A program made the translations under genes and the position numbers. Below, in pieces: positions 12,070 to 26,800 of a stretch of DNA of 64,000 nt. This DNA is from Chlorokybus atmophyticus (lineage: Eukaryota; Plantae; Mesostigma and Chlorokybus algae), in NCBI GenBank assembly GCA_009103225.1, contig RHPI01001616.1, positions 188,640 through 252,639 on the forward strand, given 5' to 3'. The notes below the pieces were generated by a model. That model ran no database searches. It saw nothing but the letters and a program-made list of their open reading frames with translations, and was not told the DNA's origin. Position 1 is the first letter of the stretch, and each line of letters starts with the position of its first letter.

Positions 12070-12488
12070 GACTCTTCACTCCAACAACCACGTCCACAAC
12101 CACCACACCGCCACCGCCACCGCCACCGCCGTTGACGACGCTGACAATGATGACACTAAACCGACGTCGACGCTCGCAGAGCAGATCGACGCCGTCAACT
12201 AACGAAATTTTTCTACATGCTACCGGAAGATATATAAGTTGGAAGCTGTACGGAAGCTTTGGCAGTGACGTGTTTGCCACACGCTAAAGTACTTCGCATA
12301 CGCTAATAACTGTAACTGACGGCAGTAATCAGCGTGACTGGAGGTGTGTGGTGTAACGTCATCCAAACAGTGTGACGCAAAAAGCGGCGGCGGCGGCGGC
12401 GGCAGCGGCGACGTGGTCATTGGCGGGCGGGGCTTGGTGATCAATCTTGCTTCTGCGCTTGTGGCAGTGGCAGGTTGTATTCTTGATT

Positions 12489-15400
12489 ATGGCTGCGTGC
12501 GCGGCAATGGCGGCCGTGGCGCCCGCTGTGGTGGTGACTGCTGCAAGCAGCGCCGCCAGGCCCGGGCGGCCGGCGGCGGCCACTGCTGCTGCCTCCAGGC
12601 CGGCGGCGGCGTTCACTGAGTTCAGCGGGCTGCGTGCTGTGTCACGTGTCGACACTTGCGCCTCCTCCTCCTCCTCCCACGCCGCCACGCGTCCCGGCGC
12701 CGTACAGTGCGTCGCCACGGTAAGCGTCGTCGACGCCAGGCCTAGGGTTTTGCTTGCTGTTTGGTATCTTTTGCTTTGCCACTGTCACAAGCCCACATGC
12801 CACGCTTGCAAGACACTTGGCAGCTGCATGCAGATTGCAGCAAGAGCAAGAGCAAGAGCAAACACATTACAGCATAGGCTAGCATAGTCTGCCTAGCAAC
12901 TACTGTCTGCAATGACGCTGTCGTTTGTGTGCTCAAAAGTGTGGTATATGTGGTGTCAACTTATTTCTTGTGCACGCTTGTGCAGCCTGCAGCTCCCCCA
13001 TCAGCGAAGCCAGCTAAGCGCAGCAAGGTTGAGATCATCAAGGAGAACAGCGACTTCCTTCGACATCCTCTCTTAGAAGAGCTCGAGACGGAAGCTTCCA
13101 ACATCAGCGACGCCGCCGCGCAACTCATCAAGTTTCACGGCAGCTACCAGCAGGATGATCGAGAGAAGAGAACGTTCGGGAAGGGAAAGTACTACCAGTT
13201 CATGATGCGCACCAAGCAGCCGGCTGGCAAGGTATGATATTGCAAATATCATGGTCTACTGCCTTGTGGTTAAAGAAGCGCTCGCTTCCAACATGGCAAC
13301 ATGCTTTTACTCATGCGATGATGATGATGCCTTGCGGAAAATGTTTTTTGGTAGGAGCTTGTCCAGATATGAGCCTGCGCATACACACGCACGTGCACAT
13401 GTTTGCACACACGTGCAGACACATAAGCATGCACGCACGCATGCATACAAAAAAGTTTGTCTGGCAGGTTGACAACAAGTTGTACCTCACCATGGACGAC
13501 CTCGCTGACAAGTACGGCAACGGCACCTTGCGTCTTACTACCCGCCAGACATACCAACTCCACGGCGTCCTCAAGGAGGACATGAAGACCGTGTTCTCCA
13601 CCGTCATCAAGAACATGGGTTCCACCCTCGGCGCGTGTGGAGACCTCAACCGCAACGTGCTCGCGCCACCACCGCCGTACACCAACCGACCCGACTACGC
13701 TGCGGCAGTGAAAGTGGCAGAGCAGATAGCTGACTTGTTTGCACCACAAGTAAGTGCAGCTAGTATTGGTGCACACTCTATGTGCGTGTGTGCGTGCGTG
13801 TGTGGGCGCATGGGTGCAGTGTGTATGGTGTGTGTGTGCATATGTGGTAATGAAGCTAGCGCTCAACAAGTATTTCTTACTCAGGGCGGTGCTTATTACG
13901 ACGTGTGGCTCAATGGCGAGAAGTTCATCTCCTCACAGAAGGACGATCCCGAGGTCACCGACGTCCTCAACGACAACTCTCACGGCACCAACTTCGTCGG
14001 GTCTCCGGAGCCCATCTACGGCACGCAGTTCCTGCCACGCAAGTTCAAGGTGGCCGTCACGGTCCCTGGAGACAACTCCGTCGACCTGCTCACAAACGAC
14101 GTTGGCCTTGTTGTCATCAGCGATAGCAATGGCGAAGTGCAAGGCTATGATATATATGTAAGTGTGCGTTGTGTGTGTGTGCCCCGCGTGCATTCGCGTG
14201 TGTACATGTCGCGCGTGTACATGTCTTTGATTGTGCGTGTGTGCGTGCGTGACTGTATTGTTGCGTGTTGGCTTGCATCTGACTTGGTTGTAAGTTACTT
14301 TCATGTCATCAGTCTATGCACTGATGAAGCGGAGTGTCGTGCTGATTTGCTCACATTCTGATTTGTCTAGGTTGGTGGTGGCATGGGCAGGACGCACCGA
14401 GACGAGGAGACCTTTGCCCGTCTCGCCGAGCCCCTTGGCTACGTTCCCAAGGAGGACGTGTTGTACGCCATGAAGGCCATCATATGCACGCAGCGCGACT
14501 ACGGTCGGAGGGACGACCGCCGCCAGTCGAGAATGAAGTACCTCATTCACGATTGGGGGATTGAAAGGTTTAGAACGGTGGTGGAACAGTACTATGGGAA
14601 GAAGATTGAGGAGTTCAGGTATGATGCAAAGCTTGTGTGTTGCGTTGCACAGGAGTTGGCGGTTATGCGTGCATGTGCGTGCGTGCGCACATCTGTGTTG
14701 TGAGATTAATGTGCTTCATCCCAATGCAGGCCGCTGCCTAAGTGGGAGTTCAAGGATTTTCTTGGCTGGCACGAGCAGGGTGATGGCAAGCTGTTCTACG
14801 GCGTGCAGGTGTGTGGTCATGCCACTTGATGTTGGCCATTGGGTTGGGCAAGTCACCTTGCCACAGCTTAAACAATTGTTTTGTGACTGCAGGTTGAGAA
14901 CGGCAGGCTCAAGGGTGAGATGAAGCAGGCTCTGCGCAGGGTTGTGGAGCGCTACGAGCTTCCTGTGCGCATCACAGCGAACCAGAACCTCATTCTGTGT
15001 GACGTGTATCCCGCATGGAAGAGAGACATTGTGAACACTCTCAAGGTAAATGGGTAGGGTAGATTCATCTGCTTTGCTCAGTTGGTTGCAGGAGAGTGTA
15101 TTTGACAGTGTGAAGGTCGTATAGGTAAAGCGTTTGGTGTTGCACACTAGCCGTTGCTTACATCTTATCATTCACAGGCAGCTGATGTGAAGGATGTCTC
15201 GGAGGTGGATGACCTCGTGCGCAAGTCGATGGCGTGTCCCGCGCTTCCACTCTGCGGTCTGGCCATCGGCGAGGCCGAGCGCACGCTGCCTGATATCAAC
15301 AAGAGGCTGCGAACTCTGTTGACACAGGTATGATATATCAAATTATGGTGTGACATCTATAATATTGCATCATCAACACAACCACCCTTCCAGCCACAGT

Positions 15401-15979
15401 TTTGATATGTTGCTGAAGTGTAACCTGCATGAGTGTTGACATGCTGTGTGCATCAGACTGTTATATGATCGTTTGTCATATCCTAAACGCATCTGTGTAC
15501 AGGTGGGTTTGCAGAACGAGTCCTTCGTGATCCGCATGACCGGTTGCCCCAACGGTTGCGCTCGCCCTTATATGGCCGAGTTGGGTCTCGTTGGCGACGG
15601 CCCCAACTCGTACCAAATCTGGTTGGGTGGTTGCCCCAATCAAACCCGCCTTGCTCGCGCATACGCCGACAAGGTCAAGTTCAACGACTTCGAGTCATTC
15701 CTAGAACCACTCTTCTTCTTCTTTAAGACAAGGAGGGAGGGTGCATCCGAGTCTTTCGGGGACTTCTGCAATCGTGTGGGATTTGAGGTGTTGAGAGAGT
15801 ATCAGAGGCTTTACGTGTCGCCGATGAAGTACCTCAACCGGCCACGTGTGGCGCTCGATGAGGATGTGTTCTCTGAGCTGCAAAAAGCGGCGGAGGAGAG
15901 AGGGACGACGCTGTCACAGCTGGCAGGGGAGGCTATCAAGGCTTATGTTGGGTCCTCCAAAGCTGATGCTGCGCAATAA
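12489..15979 (+). CDS. SIR: Ferredoxin-dependent sulfite reductase, plastid-targeted, 9 exons
   Basis: Ala/Ser-rich transit peptide; [94 protein letters not shown] (siroheme/4Fe-4S cysteines). Confidence 0.97.
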
Positions 15980-17187
15980 GTTGGGTGCTCTTTTTGGTGA
16001 AGTAGTTTTTGCTGAGAATCCTCCCCGGGCTACTGATGTTGTATATAGCCAGGTGCTTGCGTGATAGATTGTTCAGGACTGGCGCAAACTGTTGGTCGGG
16101 TGTAGTAGGGCAGGATGCTTGGGCATTGGATTGGGATTGAACAGACAGGATATAGTTGAGGTCGTGCATAAATTGCGCGCAACATTGGCAATGTGCAGCA
16201 TGCCGGGCTAAGCAATGTCTGTGCTTTTGCCCGTACCCTTGCGCTTGTGAGTGCTGTAGCATGGCAGTTCTTATGGTATTTTCTTGACAATAGCTTCTAA
16301 GGATGCCTGTGCAAACAATCTGGGACAGCAGGACTGATAGTGTGGATTGGACTCGTGTACAAATGTGCGGAAGTTGCTATGACACAAATCAGTAAAGCAG
16401 AAAAATCGTAGATATGGTGTAAATATGTAAGCCACCAGCTCCATAGCGAACAGCAATCCACTGTCTGAGTGGACATTCCAAAGCGTTGAGCATCCTCCAC
16501 CTACACGAATGATACTGCAACAGGCATAGCACCCTACCACTCCCACCTTGCGTTCCCAAAGTATGCATGCTAGCATGCATACTTTGGGAGTAGCAAGGCT
16601 CACATCGTCACGTCATCAGTACTGCAATGTTTGACGATGTGGTTACAGGCGTAGGTCGTGGGCCAACCTGGGACTGCGCACGTGTATATGTATCTGTGTA
16701 GGAGGATGTGCGCGCAGAGTTGGACGCCAATGTATGCCATGTATGCGGCGGGGATGTGGACAGTCCACTCAGCATATATACGGAAAGCTATAGGCCTGTT
16801 CACCTAGTACTTATCAACCTTGCGCACGCACAAGCAGTAACAGCCTTGAGCAGACTGCAGCGCACAAGTCCCTGCCTGTACTTGGACAAGAAAGGACTGA
16901 CATGCGGCGATCGAGCCATAGAGCAAGGCGATGATTCAACATCTACATACTATCTTGAGTTCAAACTTAGCCATGCAGTCCTTGTCATAGTCAATGCCCT
17001 CCTTATCCAAATGTTCCATTTTATTCGCTGCTGGTTTTAACCTTTTGTGCACACACACAAAAAGTACAACGTTTCAACCATTGACTACCAAGGACTCTGG
17101 CCCCGCACACCGTGCCAGGCAAACACAAGGCCTATCCGGTAACACCTCGCCATGCACACAGTAGGCCAAAATCTGCCTTGAGACACA

Positions 17188-17230
17188 TGCACACACACAC
17201 ACACGCACACACACAGAGAGAGAGAGAGAC

Positions 17231-17291
<61 letters not shown>

Positions 17292-17538
17292 AAGAGAGCG
17301 AGAGAGCGAGAGCGCGAGAGAGCGAGAGCGCGAGAGAGCGAGAGCGCGAGAGCGAGAGCGCGAGCGCGAGCGCGAGAGCGAGAGCGCGAGAGCGAGAGCG
17401 AGAGCGAGAGCGAGAGCAAGCGAGAGCGAGAGCAAGCGAGAGCGCGAGAGCGCGAGAGAGCGAGAGCGAGAGAGCGAGAGCAAGAGCGAGAGCGAGAGCG
17501 AGAGCGAGAGCGAGAGAGAGCGAGAGAGAGCGAGAGAG

Positions 17539-17569
<31 letters not shown>
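17188..17569. repeat. Compound microsatellite (AC)n-(AG)n-(GAGAGC/GAGC)n-(AG)n
   Basis: Directly visible ~380-bp low-complexity tract. Confidence 0.95.
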
Positions 17570-17575
<6 letters not shown>

Positions 17576-19893
17576 GTTTGTAGCCTACATACGGACATTG
17601 CGCATTGTCAAGTCTTCAATAACTCCAAGTCTCCAACTACAATAGTCAAAGGTTCAACACAACAACGCCGCATTTTCGCCCCACATTGCTGGATATTGGT
17701 GTTTCACATATCAGACTGCAATGCTGATTAGAACATTGTACTGCACACTTTGCTTTACTGCAACATACGCAATATGTTGTGTTTCTCTGCTGCTGCTGGC
17801 AATCAATAGTGCGCGCGCGCGTGTGTACAAGAATCTCCAAAACTGTGTGTGTGTGTGTGTGTGTGTGTCTCCAAAGCACATAAGATATGCACAGGCACAT
17901 CGGTTGTGTAGTAGTAGGATGGGTGGGGAGGGNNNNNNNNNNNNNNNNNNNNNNNNNNNNNNNNNNNNNNNNNNNNNNNNNNNNNNNNNNNNNNNNNNNN
18001 NNNNNNNNNNNNNNNNNNNNNNNNNNNNNNNNNNNNNNNNNNNNNNGGGGGGGGGCACGTGCGTTTGTGGACGTATGCGTGCCTGTGTGCGCACATTTGC
18101 GTATAAATGTGCATGCGTGCATGCGTGTGTATGGGTGCGTGCATGTATGCGTGTGCCACACGCAGTGCGCGTGGCTGTAAATTGCATCTGCATATATACA
18201 ACAGTTCGAGCCAAATCTCGGCTTTTCAAAGACCCAACATACTCTCTGGTGCAATCGCAGGGAGAAGATGGGTCCGTTACCACCCGCTCCGTGCGTCACG
18301 ACGTTCTTGTCAGCTGCGATGGCGAACGCTCCGCTGTTTGGAAGTGCGTGTTGAAGAAACAACCAGGCAAGCATTGATAAAGTCACTTTGGTATCATGTA
18401 ATGTAGTGCGAGCATATATACACCAGTGACATTGTACTGATGACAAAATGAGGCCATGTGCATGTGTGTGTACGTGCGAGCGTGCGCGCGTGCGTAAATC
18501 TTCAAGACTATTGTGTGTGTGTCCGAAACACATTTGTGTGTGTAGTGAGAACTACTACGACATGTACATGGTTTGTGCTGGTTCCACACTGTCATGCTAT
18601 TCCACACAACACCTCATCGAAACATACCGTAATGCACGCCGACACACCCGCTCCCATCCACACATATGTACACACATACGCTCCCATACACCTACACGCC
18701 CACGCACTGCATCGCTTTCTTTATGCACACATGCATGACTAACAGGGGAGGCAGTAGGGGTAGGTGTAGAGTAAGGGGTAGAGTCAACCCGGTGGTCGTG
18801 TATGCAGCATTGAGGTGCGTGGTGCCTGCTGCATGCAGTTCATTGCTCTCTGATGCATGTTGGCATTGGCACCTTTGCATATGCAATGCACCGCCACTGA
18901 CAGTCATCCAACGAGCCTGCACTCACACGCCAACACAACGACTAACCAGCGCACGTGTGGGCATGTACGGACCTCTTGCTTGTATGTCCGACGGGGCCGG
19001 CTAGAAGAAGCATAGCAAGCAGCCATAGTATCAGCCCGATGGTGAGTTATACATGATGAGTCGTGAATGCTTGTTGAGGTGCATGTCACCCGCATTGTCC
19101 GCACACCATGCATGCTGGCACAGCAGCATACCCCTTATGTACAACCACAGCACTATGCAGCAGCGTCCTTGTGTGTAGTGCTGTGTGCAGTCTGGAGAGT
19201 GTTCTTTTTGTCCACATGCAGGGTGTCTCATTAACGTTCAGCATCAGCAAGCAAGCCAGCGCGTCACAGAATGTGACTCTCACATGCTGATGTCATTTCA
19301 CTAAGTGGTTGTGGCTAGCAGTAAGCATGCACCGTAATGGTGTTCATGACAAAATGCACACTGCTACGTGGGTGACCGCATTTATCTACTACATGACATG
19401 TCTGGTGTGCAATACTACACATACTTTATTACAGCCATTTACCACCATACCTCAGCTGCAAACTACAATGCACAACATGTGCTTCACTCCTTTCCGGCTC
19501 CAGAATAGCAACTGGTGCTGCAGATTGGCTGCTTTGTACGCGGCAAGCCATAGCTCCTCTGAGCGGCAAGGAACACTAGCGCAAAGGGCATTGCTGCGTA
19601 TAACACACATCAATGCATAATGTGTCTCATGTGTGGCAAGTAGGCGCACAATGTCTGCACACCAACAGCTAGCACTGTCACACAATGCCGCAATGTCACG
19701 CAATATAACGAAGCGCAGCAGTATGCGACTCGCAGTGACCTCACTTACGCTTAACTAGCCAAAGAATAACAATCTCCCACCCACCGCACTGTTTTAGCGT
19801 ACTCTACTCCTCTACCGCGCTTCTCGATTTATCCATTGGACTGTAGCTCCTTCATGATACCATCAATCACCCAACAAGCCTCCTACCCGCTCT

Positions 19894-22800
19894 CTAGTGG
19901 TACCGCATGGTGTCCACATTGATGCCCGGGATAGGGAACGACGTCGCAAGCGCCTCAACCTCTGCCTTGAGCGCGAGGATGGCGTCGCGCTCCTTGCAAT
20001 CGGGTGACAGTATGTACTCCTTGAAGTCGGCCAGCTTCGGCTTCTCGCCGGGGGTGGACTTCTTGGCGGCCAGGGCCAACTGAATGCCGCGGTCAATGAA
20101 GTCCGCCACCTGGGGACAGAAAATGAAGGATATTGGTTTGCGCATACTACAACATAACACTACTGGGTACTACGGGCAGATACACAAACTCATGACAACA
20201 ATATCAACGTTGCCAGCAGCAAGTAAATCTGCATGCATGCATGGCCGCACGGATACGTGTGTGCGGGCGTGTCTATGTGCACACACGTGCTGTGCGTGTA
20301 CGCGATTCAATGCACGGGCGCATATATGCTCAAGGTGGTTGATGTCTGTGCAACAGCTTGGCTGCGAGTGCATGAGACTCAGTACACACCTTCACAAAGT
20401 CCTCCTCAGTGAAGCCGCGTGAGGTGAGTGCGGGTGTGCCGATACGCACGCCACCAGGCACGACTGCGGACTTGTCGCCGGGGACTGAGTTCTTGTTAAG
20501 AGTGATGTGGGCGAGGTCGAGGACAGCCTCAGCCCTCGCACCATCCACACCTGTCGGCCGCAAGTCCACAAGGATGAGGTGGTTGTCCGTCCCGCCTGAC
20601 ACGAGCTTGTAACCCTTCTCCTGCAGCCGCGCCGCCATCGCCGCACAGTTCTTGATCACCTGGTGTGTATATACAGCTAGCTTAACACACTGTGCAGCAA
20701 CAAGAGCGTTGCATGGAATACTGTACGCAAGTCTCAATCATGTATACACATGTGCACAAGCTTAGACTAGCTCACAGTGTTGGGTTTGCTCATAGACCTA
20801 ACAGATCTATGTGCAAACCCAACATCAAATAGCGTAGAGCCATACAAAGCTAGCAAACATGCATGCAGACACGCATCTCCAATTGTGCAACATCACGCCA
20901 CTTGTATCAGTACCTGCTGCTGATAGGTGTTGAACTCGGGTGTGGCAGCAAGCTTGAGGCACACTGCGAGTGCGCCAATGGTGTGGTTGTGCGGTCCACC
21001 CTGTAGTCCCGGGAACACAGCCTGGTCGACGCGGTCCATGATGTCGCTGGCGAGCTTGGAGTTCCTCCTGCAAAAGATCATCCCGCCTCGGGGACCACGA
21101 AGGGACTTGTGTGTGGTCGTCGTGACCACGTCGGAGTACTCGAACGGGCTCGCCACAGTGCCCGCGGCAACCAAACCGCTGATGTGGGCCATATCGGACA
21201 TCAGGTATGCCCCCACACTATCCGCAATCTGAGGAAGAAACCCATAAATGGATTGATAACCACTGTAGCAATGGACTGTTACAAGTTACAACACAACATT
21301 CACGTGCACGCTCTGAGCCAATGTGTAGTTGTTGGTTCCCTCACCTCACGCATGCGCTTGTAGTCATAGTCGCGAGGATATGCGCTGGCGCCTGCAATGA
21401 TCAGCTTTGGCCTGAATCGCAGGGCAGCCTTCTGCAGCTCGTCGTAATCAACATAGCCTGAGTAAAGAGACATAACTCAGCAAGCAAAGATAACCTCAAC
21501 ACTAAGTAGAAATGAAGCTCACATGTGGCCGCATAGAAGATAAGACATACCTGTCTCCTCATTCAGTAGGTATGACATGGACTCGAAGTAGACAGATGTA
21601 GCAGAAACGCGTCGCTTGGCTGTTTGAAAGCCGTGCGTGAGATGACCACCATGTGACAAGTCCAAGCCCTGCAAGCAAAGACATTCAGAATAAAGCAGTG
21701 ACGATACTTGTGTACTCTCAACGGCAGCGCAGAATGCTGTTGTGCTTGCAAACTGATAGGCGCACACGCACCAAACACCACCATGCATAGTTCAAGTGTA
21801 TTACAGCTAAAGATCTTTAGCGCTTCACAGAGAATGTCAACAACAGGGCATGGTCAATTCAGTAATACATCAACGACATGTCAATATGCTGCATGCCCTG
21901 CATAATGCATATGATGCATGAAGCACCTCTCATATACACGCTAAGTACTACGACACAACAGCGCAGGCAACTTACCATAATGCGGTCATGAGGCTGCAGC
22001 AAGGCGGTGTAGACGGCAAAATTGGCGGGCGAGCCCGACAGCGGCTGCACATTCACGCCCCACTCCTCAGGCGACAGGTTGAATGCCTTCAACGCGCGCT
22101 CTTGGCACAGCCGCTCGCTCTGGTCAATGAACTCATTGCCACCGTAGTACCTGGTGAGAACGTTGCGTGAGGCTATTTGGAAGTTGGAAAGAGGAAGCCA
22201 AGAGTTAGTTACACCCATGTATGTGTTTGAGGGGACATATTGCCAAAAGCACGTACAGAGGTGTTGAAGCTTACAAATGCACGCTTGCATGCACATACAC
22301 AAGAACGTCTCAACAACCACATGCACGTATACACGTGTGTACACGCATATGCTTATATAGCTGTACATACACACATGCGTGTAGCAGAAGCACAAACCAC
22401 TGAACTGCACTCACCGCTTGCCAGGCAGGCCCTCAGAGTACTTGTTGGTGAGGCATGATGCGAGCGCTTCCATGACAGCGCGCGACGTAAAGTTCTCGCT
22501 GGCAATGAGCTCGAGCCCCTGCCATTGCCGCCTCTTCTCGTGCTCGATAATGTCATACAGCTCAGGGTCGGCCTCTTCTAGCGCATGGTCCGGTTGGAAC
22601 AGCTCCCTCCCTGTGCACACAAGCACAATGTCAATAAACACCTAAGCCGGCACAACATGCAGCAGCTTTGCCTCATTTGGCAGCAGTGACTGCACTGTAC
22701 GCGAACATAAAACACTGTCTTGTTGACACGCAAGCAAGAAACAGAAAAGCAAAAAAACGAAGACACGAACAAAGAAGGAGAGAAAGAAACCTACGAGCAT

Positions 22801-23411
22801 TGTTTGAAGAGCATGTGAAGTTGAGGCAGCGCTGAGGATGAGTGTCAAACATGCTCAAGTGCAGAGATTGTAAAACTAACAAATCTGAAACTTGTATGTA
22901 CGTAAGCCTGGCTGCGGTGCGTTAAGGTTTGGTGAGCTAGGGTTTAAAAGTGCATGACTAAGCGTGAGGCCNNNNNNNNNNNNNNNNNNNNNNNNNNNNN
23001 NNNNNNNNNNNNNNNNNNNNNNNNNNNNNNNNNNNNNNNNNNNNNNNNNNNNNNNNNNNNNNNNNNNNNNNNNNNNNNNNNNNNNNNNNNNNNNNNNNNN
23101 NNNNNNNNNNNNNNNNNNNNNNNNNNNNNNNNNNNNNGGGAAGGGGAGGAGTGAGAGAGCAGCAAAGCGGGGAAGCTCGGCTGCTCACTTCGTATGCTAG
23201 ATTTGACAGCTGGCGCCTCTGCCGCAGCGGTTGACACGCTGGCGTGGCTTGCCCCCGCCGCCGCCCCCGCCATACAGACCACAGTGCTGCGGAGTGTGGC
23301 AGCAGGTGCAGCAGCAGCTCGAAGGCGCTGACCTGCAAAGCTGCTAGCCTTCGCCGAGTGCCCGTTCGCCTGCACTGCCACACCCGTCACAGCAGCAGTC
23401 GCCGAAGCCAT
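19894..23411 (-). CDS. SHMT: Serine hydroxymethyltransferase, plastid-type (SHM3-like), 8 exons
   Basis: Transit peptide MASATAAV..; [23 protein letters not shown]|[49 protein letters not shown] (PLP lysine), [27 protein letters not shown]. Confidence 0.97.
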
Positions 23412-23801
23412 CACCGCCTCCTCCTCAACCGCCGCAGCCGCCGCCGCGTCCTCCTCCGCCGCCTTCACCACCGCGGCCGCCGTAATGAACCCTTTTGACA
23501 GTGACGTATGCTTCAATCAAGCCGTCAAAAGCGCTGATCAGTGTCAACAGCAATGAAACGGCAGCCAACAAACTCCCAACCAGAGTCGGAATCATAACGT
23601 TTGTCCTAGCTTCTATCAGGACAATGCAAGCTTACTGCAAACAGCTGCCCCAACTTGGCCCCCCCAAGGCAAGCAGAATCACGGTACCCTACTCAATTGG
23701 ACTGTCAACATGAGGAAGAGTCGGCTCCGCTTTCTGCTTCCGGTCCTGACAGTGTCAAGGACCTCAGTTGGGTGTTGATGCGTACAGGGGCATTGTGGCC
23801 G

Positions 23802-26800
23802 ATGCTGGCGAGGGCGGCGGCGGCGTTGGCTCGGAGGATGCCTGGGATGGCGCTGGCGGCGCTGCCGTCGTCGTCTTCTACGGCCTCATGCTCCTTCTCT
23901 CTACTGCCTGCGAGGTGTCTTGCAACTAGAGCAGCGGGCCTCCGTCATCAACATCATCATCAACGGGCAGTCCCCAGCGGCAGCCTTGCAAGTGAGGGCA
24001 GCCTATTGACCCAAAACCCAATGACAAACAGTCTTAAGTATGGTACACTCCTCAAAACAGAGAAACCAACGTTATGGGAAATATCAGCTCAGTGCATGCT
24101 TGCCATTTGGACAGCAACATGCTGTGCTTTGCTGCCAAACAAGAGTAAGTGCATGTCATGCCAAGCCTGTCAACATGCCACCATGCACAGCTTGACATGC
24201 GATTGCGAAGCTATCAAGCAGGAGCAGGATATACATACAATCTTGGTTCTGTGTTTTGATGCTAACGAACAATCAGCAAGCTGCATTTGACACACACCCG
24301 AGATCAAGTATCACAAGCATGAATGCAGAGACACGCGCGCGCGTGCAGGCGCGCACACGCGCACACGCACATACGGACATGTATGCGCGAGCACATGCAT
24401 GCGCAAGCACACGCGCACACGCACATGCATGCGCACGGACACAACTTGCACATGCGCACATGCACGTTCGCCCACTAGTCCGCCTGGTTGCTACCTGTCT
24501 CGTTAACAACTGCGCACTCACTCCATCTGCTATTGTACCATTATGCGTACTGAAACGACACGTCTGTGACAGCAGCATACACTTACTCTTCGTGTGTGCT
24601 CACCAGACACATGTGTAAGGAGGGGAGGTGAGAAGCACCCGAGTCGCAGCGATTGGGTGGCCAGCTGGGCAAGGTTAGCCTCAAGCAATGCGCACGAGAG
24701 GGTGGCTGCTGCACCACGTGTCAGTAGAAAGGTATGACACTAGTCAAGATGATGTTGTACCAAAGTGTCCGGTTGATTACCATTGTTGGTAATCCATTCC
24801 TCCAATAATCAGGGTGTGAACTGAGTATAACACTACAATAGGTGAGTCAGTCCCTGGTAGCAAGTGTGTGACCAAGTGTTTATGTCAGTGCTGTGCTATC
24901 TGACTGATTGCTTGCTTCCATTGGCTGTTCTAATAGGGTATGCAACCATTCCTTGAGTTGATACATGAACCACTTCTCATGTCGCTCCTCTATTTAGGGT
25001 TTGTGTCTGTCTACAGGCTATGCTTTGCACTTGTTACATAACATCTCAGACCAATACATGCAGGAAGCCAAGTTCTATGGTACATGGCAGTCACTGATAT
25101 CCTTATGGTAACTGTTATCAGGGAATTGAGAGTGATATCATAGTACAATAATGATGCTGCGCATGCGTGTGCGCGATCCCGTGCGCGTACACACGCACAC
25201 GCACGTTCACACGCACACGAGTGACAGGTGATTTTACAACTTAACAACACAACAAAACTGATCAGCATTTCTTTCTATGTTGTGTGTGCAGGGCTCAGTC
25301 ACCTCAGAACAGCCGCAGCAGCCACAACCAGTTCTCAATGACCCACCCAGCACCAGCACTGTTGATGATCAAGATTACGACTCTGACGATGAGAATGAGT
25401 TCTACGCCTCCGACGACGATGAGGACGTTGATGACGCCGCCGCCACAACCACGGGTGACTTTGACGAGGAGGAGTATTGGTCGGACCTGGATGAAGACGA
25501 GGATGAGGATGGCGAGGAAGCGCAGGCGCCGGTGGCGATGGAGGACGAGAGAGCGGTGCTGGCGGGAATGCCGGACTGGGCAAAGAAGGCGTTTGCTATA
25601 GCTAAAGAGGTACATCTCTCTATGGGCACATATGCGCATCGAGCACACATGCACGCATGCACACACGCACTCACGTGCGCAAGCACATATGCACGCTCAA
25701 ATGCGGGCGCGTACACGACCACAGTCGCACTCACACTCCATGCGCGCATGCGTATGGTCATGTCGGCGTGGGCACGTGCGTGGGCATGCATGTGTGTGCA
25801 TGCCCGTACAGGTGTGGTTCTTGGCATTATACACACGCACTGTCATCCACCTCACCCTTCTGCTTATAATCTTCTGCAACCAGGTTCTGAGCGACCCACA
25901 GTTCAACGAAGACGTCACGCTGCACGCATTCCGTGTGACTCAACGCAACGCGCTCGTTGTTCGTCTCGACAAACTCAGCGATCAGTACGGCTCCCCGACG
26001 CTGGAGGAGATTTCGGTAAGCACTGTCATGTATATCACTTCTAGCCAGCATGGTTCATGATTCAAGTTAAGAGTAGAGAGAGTGTATTATATATCATTAG
26101 TACGCGTTTATCGTTACTTCCTCAGCATGCTGCATATTGTAACAGGCATTTTCTCGCGCGTACAATGCACGACTGGAGGAAGCGGTGGTGGAAGGTATTC
26201 TTGCGTGCGTGTGCATGCGAGTGTGTGCGTTTGCGCTTGCAAACATGCTTGCGTGTATGCGATGTTAAACATGTGGTCAGCCTGTGTACAGTCTGTATGT
26301 ATCTCGACATGTTGGCAGTTGTCATTTTCTGCTAAAGACACATAGTGCATAAGCACATCTGCGCGAGTGTGTAAATCTGCATGCACACGCATATACGCAC
26401 GCACACGCAAAGACACGCACATGTGCAGTAACATGCAGTTGAGTCACTTACGTATGCATGCAGGGGCAATACCGAGCACCTACTCTGTGGAGGTCTCATC
26501 ACCCGGCGCTGAAAGAGCGGTACCGTTGTTGTCGTCGTTGTGTTGTATGTTGTTTGGCACGCCTTGCACAACATACCAACACCGTTCTTGGTCTGGATTG
26601 CTGTCAGGTCGCTGTGCCTCATCAGTTGGAGCGCTTTAAAGCCCTTCCCATGCGCGTGAATTATTCAGTCATGGGGAGCGAAGCAACATCAACGTCAGGC
26701 GAGCGCAGTGAGGTAGAAATTGACCGTCACTGAATGGAAGCAGAACCTTACATAGTTAAAAAAACATAAAGGAGAACTATGTATCTGACGTTGATACTCA

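Noticed and set aside
13234-14361. 375-aa ORF as a standalone gene
   Set aside because: Two SIR exons read through in-frame introns
17074-17645. Long SR/RE/LA-rich ORFs in several frames
   Set aside because: Translations of the AG/GAGC microsatellite; no start context or splice support
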